Positions 7,662-15,417 of a stretch of DNA of 25,048 nucleotides are shown here, piece by piece. Origin of the DNA: a virus. Taxonomy: Duplodnaviria > Caudoviricetes. The notes under the pieces are model-generated. The model saw only the letters and a list, made by a program, of their open reading frames with translations. It did not search any database and was not told where the DNA came from. The stretch is from positions 1 to 25,048 of the IMG/VR virus record IMGVR_UViG_3300037558_000423, one strand, 5' to 3'. A program made the translations under genes and the position numbers. Position 1 is the first letter of the stretch. Every line of letters begins with the position of its first letter.

Positions 7662-8475
7662 AACAGCAGAGGTAATTGAGCCAACTCAATCTCAGGAAAC
7701 ACAACCACAAGAAACACCGGCTGCTTTTGCGGATACGCTTGGCGAGGAGTTTCAAGGCAACCCTATATTTAAAAATTTTCAAGACGTAAATGGTTTAGCA
7801 AAATCCTATATGCACGCGCAACGTATGATAGGTGCGGATAAAGTAGCGATACCAGGTAAGCACGCAACGGACGCAGAAAGGCTAGAGGTCTATCAAAAGC
7901 TGGGCGCACCGGCGAATATCGATGGGTATGAGGTAAAATTTCCTGATACGTTTACCGATGATGAGCAACGTGCGTTTAAAGAAACAGCGTTATCAGTTGG
8001 CCTTAATGGTAATCAAGCCTCTAAGGTTGTTGATTTTCTAAGTGAAACCTTTAACCAGGCGTCGGTACAAAACGAACAATCGGCTACGCAGATTGTCGCG
8101 GATAACAGAGCCGAATTACAAAGCGAATGGGGTAACGCCCTGGATCAAAAGCTAGAGAGAGCGCGTGGCGCGGCTGTTCAGTTACTAGGATCCGATGATA
8201 TTTTTGGAGAATTACAACTGAAGGATGGAACCTATTTAGGAGATAATCCGCAAGTAATAAGAATGTTTGCTGCTTTAGCTGACCAGATAAGTGAAGATAC
8301 CCTGGGCGGCCCGACAAGTGAGCAAATTAGCACGCCGGATGAGCTTGAGCGCGAAAAGCGAGAACTCACGCAACCTGGCACGCCATATTGGAGCAACATG
8401 CACCCAGATCACGATAAATACATACAACGTGTTTTAAGGATCAATGAGCAGTTATTTCCAGAACCAGAGGGGTAA
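7654..8475 (+). CDS. Capsid assembly scaffolding protein
   Basis: Acidic; LAKSYMHAQRMIG, ELQSEWG, LGDNPQVIRMFA, PYWSNMHPDHD; sits directly before the MCP gene. Confidence 0.85.
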   Translation: MNETAEVIEPTQSQETQPQETPAAFADTLGEEFQGNPIFKNFQDVNGLAKSYMHAQRMIGADKVAIPGKHATDAERLEVYQKLGAPANIDGYEVKFPDTFTDDEQRAFKETALSVGLNGNQASKVVDFLSETFNQASVQNEQSATQIVADNRAELQSEWGNALDQKLERARGAAVQLLGSDDIFGELQLKDGTYLGDNPQVIRMFAALADQISEDTLGGPTSEQISTPDELEREKRELTQPGTPYWSNMHPDHDKYIQRVLRINEQLFPEPEG

Positions 8476-8528
8476 TCCTTGGATCCCTCAAGGTAAAAAC
8501 TATTTTGGGCCTTTTACGAGATAACCCA
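8467..8528 (+). promoter_or_regulatory. Twin bulged RNA hairpins upstream of the major capsid gene
   Basis: GAGGG-GTAA-TC[CTTG]GA-T-CCCTC (8467-8489) and TGGG-C-CTT[TTAC]GAG-ATAA-CCCA (8506-8528). Confidence 0.45.
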
Positions 8529-8564
8529 CCTCAATTTTAACTTTATTTAACGGAGGTACTTTAA

Positions 8565-9422
8565 ATGAGTACACAGATTACGACTGCTTTCGTTAATCAG
8601 TATTCTCAAAACGTATCATTATTATCGCAGCAAATGGGTTCATTACTGCGTAATACTGTGCGAACTGAGTCGGTTAACGGAGAAAAGGGGTTTTTCGAGC
8701 AGATTGGTTCTGGTGTAGCGCAAGCTAAATCAAGCCGTCATTCGGATACGCCATTAATGGATACACCGCACGCTAGGCGAATGGTGACTATGACGGATTA
8801 CGAATATGCTGATTTGGTTGACGATCAAGACAAAATCAGAATGTTAATATCGCCTGAGTCAACATACGCAAAGGCAGCGGCAGCGGCTATCGGTAGAGCA
8901 ATGGATGATGAAATCATCGCTGCTTTAGGCGGTACAGCTAAAACTGGTGTAAGTGGTGGAACGTCCACAGCGTTACCGGCAGGGCAAAAGATCGCTCATG
9001 GTAGTGCCGGCCTCACGATTGCGAAATTGGTCAGCGCGAAAAAAGTCATGGATCAAAACAGCGTCGATCCCTCAATAGAGAGATATATTGTTGTTTCACC
9101 AGAGCAGATTGAAGATCTATTAAACACCACTGCGGTACAAAGCGCCGATTTCAATACGGTAAAAGCGCTTGTGCAAGGTGAGGTTGATACTTTTCTCGGC
9201 TTTAAATTCATAACATCTAATCGTTTGAAAGATAACGGAACTTCTAGGCTATGCTACGCATATGCACGCGAGGGGATGGTTTTGGGAATGGGTAAGGAAC
9301 CCACTGCCAGAATTGACGAGCGATCAGATAAATCATACAGCACGCAGATCTATTACTGTTCTTCCTTTGGCAGCAGCCGTCTTGAGGAAGAAATGGTGGT
9401 CGAAATTGCGTGTAACGAGTAA
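8565..9422 (+). CDS. Major capsid protein
   Basis: MSTQITTAFVNQYSQNVSLLSQQMGSLLR...DTPHARR...AIGRAMDDEII...ALVQGEVDTFLGFKFI; GGAGGT SD; follows the scaffold gene. Confidence 0.93.
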   Translation: MSTQITTAFVNQYSQNVSLLSQQMGSLLRNTVRTESVNGEKGFFEQIGSGVAQAKSSRHSDTPLMDTPHARRMVTMTDYEYADLVDDQDKIRMLISPESTYAKAAAAAIGRAMDDEIIAALGGTAKTGVSGGTSTALPAGQKIAHGSAGLTIAKLVSAKKVMDQNSVDPSIERYIVVSPEQIEDLLNTTAVQSADFNTVKALVQGEVDTFLGFKFITSNRLKDNGTSRLCYAYAREGMVLGMGKEPTARIDERSDKSYSTQIYYCSSFGSSRLEEEMVVEIACNE

Positions 9423-9435
9423 GGAGGATTGAACA

Positions 9436-9939
9436 ATGGCAAATGTTAATACTACATTAGTAACCAATTTTGAAGCCTCGCCTCAAGTAATGAATCCGGC
9501 ACATCAAATGCACGGTGTCAAGCGTATTATGCAAGGCACGATTGCGTTGGCCGCCGGTGATTTGAGTGCTACTGACACAGTTATGTTGGCGCCTATCCCG
9601 ACAAATGCAAGTGTAACAAGTATCAAGCTATTTAACGACGACTTAGATAGTGGAAGTACGAATACCTGCGATGTTGGTTTATTTTCAGCTGATGGTAACG
9701 TCACAGCGATAGATGATGATTGTTACGCAAGTGCGATCACAGATCTACGCGCTGCTGTTATAACTGGCACAGAGGTGGCTTTTGAAGCGCGTAACATCAA
9801 TTTGATGGGTCAAAAAGTGTGGCAAGATGCAGGTCAATCATCGGATCCAGGCGGAAAATACTATATTGGATTGCTTTTTGATGCAGCCGGCGACCAAGCC
9901 GGCGATCTATCATTTATGATTGAATACGTCGTAACTTAA
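9436..9939 (+). CDS. Putative capsid decoration/cement protein
   Basis: Beta-rich 167 aa directly after the MCP gene with a perfect AAGGAGG SD, suggesting high expression. Confidence 0.6.
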   Translation: MANVNTTLVTNFEASPQVMNPAHQMHGVKRIMQGTIALAAGDLSATDTVMLAPIPTNASVTSIKLFNDDLDSGSTNTCDVGLFSADGNVTAIDDDCYASAITDLRAAVITGTEVAFEARNINLMGQKVWQDAGQSSDPGGKYYIGLLFDAAGDQAGDLSFMIEYVVT

Positions 9940-9958
9940 AATTAACCAGGGGTGAGCA

Positions 9959-10564
9959 ATGCCAAGTGTTGTGGAAATTTCTAATAACGCGTTAAATGCC
10001 ATTGGAGCGACAAACATTACTAGTATGGATGAAAACTCTAAGGCAGCGCGTGTTATTAACCAGGTGTACGCCAATGTCCGCAACGAAGTGTTTCGTGCTC
10101 ATCCCTGGAACTGCTTAATTAAAAGGGCTGATTTGGCCCAAGACGCTGCAGGGCCGGCCTATGGATATACCCATTCGTATACCCTGCCGACGGATCCTTA
10201 TTGCCTAAGAGTCCTTGAGTATTCGAATGGTTCATTAACCTATCCATTTGATAATCTAACAAGTAATTCTGGCGGAAGTGTATTTGTTATTGAGGGTCGT
10301 AAGTTATTAACGGACGAGACAACAGCAAAGATTAAGTATGTGTCGCGTGCAGAGGATCCAAACGAATATGACGCCGGATTAATTGGCACGTTATCGGCTC
10401 GTTTAGCCTATACCATTGCGTATGCGCTGACCGGTTCGACAACAGTTGTTCAATTGCAAAAGGCGCTTTTCGACGAAAGACTAAGAGAGGCAAGATTTAT
10501 TGATGCAACAGAGGGCGCACCACAACGGATTGAGGCAAGTGATCTAATTGAATCGAGGTTGTAA
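9959..10564 (+). CDS. Tail tubular protein A / adaptor (T7 gp11-like)
   Basis: SVVEISNNALNAIGA..I...DENSKAAR...HPWNC...YTLPTDPYCLRV; size and position fit. Confidence 0.88.
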   Translation: MPSVVEISNNALNAIGATNITSMDENSKAARVINQVYANVRNEVFRAHPWNCLIKRADLAQDAAGPAYGYTHSYTLPTDPYCLRVLEYSNGSLTYPFDNLTSNSGGSVFVIEGRKLLTDETTAKIKYVSRAEDPNEYDAGLIGTLSARLAYTIAYALTGSTTVVQLQKALFDERLREARFIDATEGAPQRIEASDLIESRL

Positions 10565-12570
10565 TGGCACGATCAGCACCAGCTATACAATCCTTTGTAG
10601 CCGGAGAGATATCGCCCAGGCTAGAGGGTCGTGTTTCTATCGATAAATACCGGGAAGGACTATCGGATCTAACGAATATGGTATCGATGCCTCATGGCGG
10701 TGTAGCGCGTAGACCAGGCACGAAGTATCTTGGGGAGGTAAAAACAAGCAGCGTAAAATGCAAACTTATTCCTTTTCAGTTTAAAACGACGGATACTTAT
10801 ATTCTGGAGTTTGGTGAGCAAATCATGCGTGTGTATCGTAATGGCGAGCAAGTTTTATCCGGTACAACCAAGACTATATCGGCGGCAACAAAAGCTAGTC
10901 CAGGCGTTATAACAGCGACATCTCATGGCTATTCTAATGGTGATGAAGTTTTCATTGATTCTGTTGGCGGTATGACAGAATTAAATAGCCGTAATTATAG
11001 AGTAGCGAATGTCACAACTCATACGTTTACGCTAACTGATTTATTTGGTGTAGCGATAAATACAACAGCGTTTACAACCTATACAAGCGGTGGTTCAGTA
11101 AATGAAATTTTAGAGATAGCGACGCCGTATCCAGAAGGAGTATTAACAGAACTGCGATTTGCGCAAAGCGCTGACACAATGTATATCGTTCATCCAAGTT
11201 ATGCGATACGAACATTGACACGATCTAGTCATACGGCTTGGAGTTTTGCGACGCCATCGATCTCCGGATCACCAAGTCCAAATCTAAATAATGCGAGTAA
11301 TAATTATCCAAGTGTTGTTACGTTCTTTGAACAACGTCTGGTATTCGCAAACACAAACAACAATCCGCAGACTATATGGTTTTCGAAAACAGCGGATTAT
11401 AATAATTTTACAACTGGCACAAATGCGGATGATGCGCTTATTTACACAATTGCCAGTAATCAGGTTAACGCAATACGTTTTCTCACAGCAACGCGTGTGA
11501 TGACCATTGGAACCGCTGGAGGGGAATTTGTCGTTAGTACAACCAACGATGGCCCTATAACGCCGACAACGACGCTGATACGAAAATACAGTAACTATGG
11601 CACGGCTCAGATCGATCCGGTGCAAGTTGCTGATGTTACGCTGTTTGTGCAGCGCGGTAATCGAAAAGTAAGAGAGTTTCGTTATGTCGGGGATATTGAT
11701 GCGAGTGGGTACACCGCGCCAGATATGACGATCTTAGCCGAGCATATTACCGAGGGTGGTATTACAGAATTTGCGTACCAACAAGAACCCGATAGCGTGG
11801 TATGGGCGTTGCGCAGTGATGGCGTTTTATTAGGCATGACCTACCGCCGTGAGGAGCAAGTTGTAGCCTGGCACAAGCACACAATTGGCGGTGCTTTTGG
11901 ATCGGGCAGTGCTATTGTAGAAAGCATTGCGACATTGCCAACGGATACTGGTGAAGATGAGTTGTATATGATTGTAAAAAGAACGATCAACTCACAAACA
12001 AAACGCTATGTTGAAAAGCTAAATGTATTTGATTTCGGTACGGCGGCTACCGGCTCTTTCTTTGTCGATAGTGGTTTGTCCTACTCTGGAAGTGCGGTCA
12101 CGTCTTTGGGCGGTATATATCATTTAGAGGGCGCAACTGTTTCTATATTGGGCAACGGAGGATCACATGCAGACAAATCGGTTAGCAGCGGTGCTGTATC
12201 TTTGGATATATCTGCAACAACAGCGGCGATTGGATTAGGTTATACATCTAATTTACAGACACTTAGACTTGAAAGCGGATCAGTGGATGGCACAAGCCAG
12301 GGAAAACCTAAACGTATTCATCACATAACGCTACGCTTATTTAGAACTGTAGGATTAGAGGTTGGATCATCGTCAGATGATATCGATCGAGTGCCGTTTA
12401 GAGACAGCAGCATGGCAATGGATCAAGCTGTTTCGCTCTTTACCGGAGATAAGGATATAGAGTTTTCTGGTGGATTTGAGGAAGATGAGCGGATCTATGT
12501 AAGGCAATCGCAGCCATTACCGCTTACTGTTCTTGCTTTATATGCACGCATGAATACTTTTGATATATAG
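10564..12570 (+). CDS. Tail tubular protein B / nozzle (T7 gp12-like) with an inserted E1-FCCH-like domain
   Basis: SFVAGEISPRL, GGVARRPGT, YILEFG, FAQSADTMYIVHP, PSVVTFFEQRLVFA, VVAWHKH, QSQPLPLTVLAL; insert ITATSHGYSNGDEVFIDSVGGMTELN. Confidence 0.9.
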   Translation: MARSAPAIQSFVAGEISPRLEGRVSIDKYREGLSDLTNMVSMPHGGVARRPGTKYLGEVKTSSVKCKLIPFQFKTTDTYILEFGEQIMRVYRNGEQVLSGTTKTISAATKASPGVITATSHGYSNGDEVFIDSVGGMTELNSRNYRVANVTTHTFTLTDLFGVAINTTAFTTYTSGGSVNEILEIATPYPEGVLTELRFAQSADTMYIVHPSYAIRTLTRSSHTAWSFATPSISGSPSPNLNNASNNYPSVVTFFEQRLVFANTNNNPQTIWFSKTADYNNFTTGTNADDALIYTIASNQVNAIRFLTATRVMTIGTAGGEFVVSTTNDGPITPTTTLIRKYSNYGTAQIDPVQVADVTLFVQRGNRKVREFRYVGDIDASGYTAPDMTILAEHITEGGITEFAYQQEPDSVVWALRSDGVLLGMTYRREEQVVAWHKHTIGGAFGSGSAIVESIATLPTDTGEDELYMIVKRTINSQTKRYVEKLNVFDFGTAATGSFFVDSGLSYSGSAVTSLGGIYHLEGATVSILGNGGSHADKSVSSGAVSLDISATTAAIGLGYTSNLQTLRLESGSVDGTSQGKPKRIHHITLRLFRTVGLEVGSSSDDIDRVPFRDSSMAMDQAVSLFTGDKDIEFSGGFEEDERIYVRQSQPLPLTVLALYARMNTFDI

Positions 12571-12579
12571 GGTAAGCAA

Positions 12580-13095
12580 TTGGAATTCTTACAAATTTTA
12601 AGTTTGATATCTGCCGGATCATCGTTGTTAGGCGGTATCAATGAAAAGCAAGCTGCCGATAATGCAGCGGCTGCCGCGCAAGAGGCCTCTAACTTTAATG
12701 CGGATCTTATAGAACGCGATGTTGATCTTTTGGAAAAGCAACGCCGGTTTGTTAATGAAAATTACAATGTTTCAAACGATCGAAAGAAACAAGGATTTAC
12801 CGCTGTTCAAGGTGAAGTTAAGGCCAATTATGCCTACGCTGGGATTGATGTATCAGAAGGAACGCCAATAGATGTTCTTCGCACAAATGCCAGAGAAATG
12901 CAGTTTGAACTTGATACGGACACGTTTAATAACGATGTAACGAATATGCAGATTGACGACGCTCAAGAGGATGCAAAATTAAACGCTCAGTTGGCGCGTA
13001 TGGAGGGCGGTAGTGCAGCGGCATCATTAAGGGCGCAAGGAACAAAAAGTTTAATTCAAAGTGTCGGTACGGCTGCCAGAACTCTTTATTCATAG
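12580..13095 (+). CDS. Internal virion (ejection) protein, T7 gp14-like
   Basis: Hydrophobic Gly/Ala/Ser N-terminus and a YAYAGIDVSEGTPIDVL motif; first gene after the nozzle; TTG start. Confidence 0.7.
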   Translation: MEFLQILSLISAGSSLLGGINEKQAADNAAAAAQEASNFNADLIERDVDLLEKQRRFVNENYNVSNDRKKQGFTAVQGEVKANYAYAGIDVSEGTPIDVLRTNAREMQFELDTDTFNNDVTNMQIDDAQEDAKLNAQLARMEGGSAAASLRAQGTKSLIQSVGTAARTLYS

Positions 13096-13102
13096 GTGAT
13101 AG

Positions 13103-15415
13103 ATGCGTATTCCTTTATATACAGCGCAATCCAGAGCAACGTCGGAAGCGCCTGGAAGATCGATTACAGCGAGAAAAAACGTACAAGCCGCAGCGCAAAG
13201 TGAATTAGCCAAGGCTGCACCATTCTCGGCGTTTGCTGATGAAGTGTCTAAATTTAGCTTAGAGCGATTTAAGGTTGTTCGAAACAATCTGCTTAATGAA
13301 GCGGATCTGGCAATGGACGAGTCAATGTTTGAATTGGCGCGAAAACTTGAAAAGTCTGGCAATTACAATACCATCCTTGATGGCGAAAATCCTACATGGA
13401 AAAGTGGCACGGACGCTATTAAAACTGAATTGCTGGGCAAAGTTGGAAAGGATGATTTTAGCCAGAAACAATTTAACTTACGTTTTGGTCAGAATGAATT
13501 AAAGCATCGGTTTCAGCTGCGCTCTGAAGTTGATCGACAAATAAAAATTGCTAGCCAGGGCAACTATTCAAAGAAACTGGTTAAGGGCGAGTCGGAGTTG
13601 AGTGATTGGCGTTTAGATAAAAAAGCGCGAGATGCTATTACACGACCCATCAATGTTTTCACTGGCACATATATTAATCAAACAAAAGCAAATCCAGAGA
13701 AGGTTAAGGCGACAATAAAAGCGATGGAGATTAATGCGGCAAGAGCAGCTTTAACGAGATATATTTCTGAGCAGCCTGGTAAAGAAATTACAACATTAAC
13801 GGCAATGAGAGAGGCTTTAAGAAATGGGCGCAATGGTGAAACGCTTGAAGGCCCATCTGGATCACAGACATTACCAGCACCTTTAGTTGGTGGGGAAAAC
13901 CTTTATGAGAGATTGATTGCGTTTGATGATGATGAACTCGCCTCAATAATCAATACAACATCCGGTGATATTGCTACAATATATGGCCCAGGATTTGAAG
14001 AAAGAGCGCGAGGATCCCAGCTAAAAGCAACATCAACATATCTAAAAAGTAGTGCCGATACGCTGCTTTCTCAAATGGAATTAGAAAAGGCTGATGCAAC
14101 AAAGGTAGCGGATCTACTTGGTGCGTTTAATAAGCATATAAACGACAATCCAAATGTAAGCGCTGACGTTATCAGCAAACGTGACGAACTAAATTTGATA
14201 AATGAATTTTCTATTATTTCTCAAAAAGCCTCAGTTACAAATATGGACGCGATTATTTCAGATTTTAAAGATGGAAAAATGCTCGGTGGCAAGGGGATGG
14301 ATACGGAGGCGGAACAAAAAACGCTGAAGTTTCTGGAAAGTCGGCGTGATAAGATGGAAGTCGCATTAAAAGAAGATGCCATTCAATGGGCAACGGATAA
14401 TGGTCTAATACCAGAACCACCTGAGTCAGCTAAATTGGTGAATGAAGATGGAACCTTTAATCAAAGTTTTGTTGAACTTAGAAAAGTACAAGCTGAAACA
14501 GTACAGGATTATTATGGATTGCCAGCCACGCAATTTTTAACAAAAAATGAGGTAAAGGAGTTTGGACAATATCTAAATAAAAAGGAGATAGCGCCGGAAA
14601 CTAGGTTGGCTTATCTCCAAAATTTTGTCCAGGCATGGGGTAAAAATGCCAAAGATGTTTTTTTGCAAATGGAAATAAAAAATGCTGTAACACAATCAGC
14701 GTTGGGATCCTTGGTAAATGGTGGAAATTTTGAGACAGCAAAGCTAATTCTTTTTGGAATGGATAAAGTTAATGCTGGTGAAACGATAAATGAAACCTCT
14801 GCCAATTTAAAAACCGCCTTAGAGAACATAACAACAGGATCCGATAATAAAGATATTCTAATGAATATGCGCCCAGAAGATAAGGCAGTTACTGTTGAGT
14901 TAGCGACAGCGCATTATTTGGGTAAAGGATATGTGGAGTATGACGAAGAAAGATGGATAGAGTCTTACCAGGCAGCGCTAGGCCGCGATGGTGACAAGGG
15001 TGGAATACAAGATGTTAATGGTGAGCCGGTTATTTTACCGCAGAATTTCACACCAATCATGGCTGAAAATGTACTAGACAATTTAGCGAACTTTCATCTT
15101 AGATTTATGGAAATGGATGTTGGTGGAGATCCGGCTGGCCGTACCATAGACAGAGATCTTTTGATGGATATCAATAACAATTCTGACTATGTTCTAAGGT
15201 ATATTGGAGGCACAAACTATTTTATCTTTGATACGGCTCGTAACAAAGTGGTGTCGTATCCACCTGAGCTAGATCCTGAGGGCAACCCAGAATATTTAGA
15301 AAAGGTCATTATTGACTTAAACTTACTTCTCGACAGTTTTCCAGCGATAGTTCAACAACGCAACAACCCGACAAAGCCAGTAATACCGCCTGACTTTTCC
15401 GGAATAACGAATTAA
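13103..15415 (+). CDS. Internal virion (ejection) protein, gp15-like position
   Basis: 770 aa, predominantly helical, MRIPLY N-terminus typical of this slot in such phages. Confidence 0.65.
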   Translation: MRIPLYTAQSRATSEAPGRSITARKNVQAAAQSELAKAAPFSAFADEVSKFSLERFKVVRNNLLNEADLAMDESMFELARKLEKSGNYNTILDGENPTWKSGTDAIKTELLGKVGKDDFSQKQFNLRFGQNELKHRFQLRSEVDRQIKIASQGNYSKKLVKGESELSDWRLDKKARDAITRPINVFTGTYINQTKANPEKVKATIKAMEINAARAALTRYISEQPGKEITTLTAMREALRNGRNGETLEGPSGSQTLPAPLVGGENLYERLIAFDDDELASIINTTSGDIATIYGPGFEERARGSQLKATSTYLKSSADTLLSQMELEKADATKVADLLGAFNKHINDNPNVSADVISKRDELNLINEFSIISQKASVTNMDAIISDFKDGKMLGGKGMDTEAEQKTLKFLESRRDKMEVALKEDAIQWATDNGLIPEPPESAKLVNEDGTFNQSFVELRKVQAETVQDYYGLPATQFLTKNEVKEFGQYLNKKEIAPETRLAYLQNFVQAWGKNAKDVFLQMEIKNAVTQSALGSLVNGGNFETAKLILFGMDKVNAGETINETSANLKTALENITTGSDNKDILMNMRPEDKAVTVELATAHYLGKGYVEYDEERWIESYQAALGRDGDKGGIQDVNGEPVILPQNFTPIMAENVLDNLANFHLRFMEMDVGGDPAGRTIDRDLLMDINNNSDYVLRYIGGTNYFIFDTARNKVVSYPPELDPEGNPEYLEKVIIDLNLLLDSFPAIVQQRNNPTKPVIPPDFSGITN

Positions 15416-15417
15416 TT

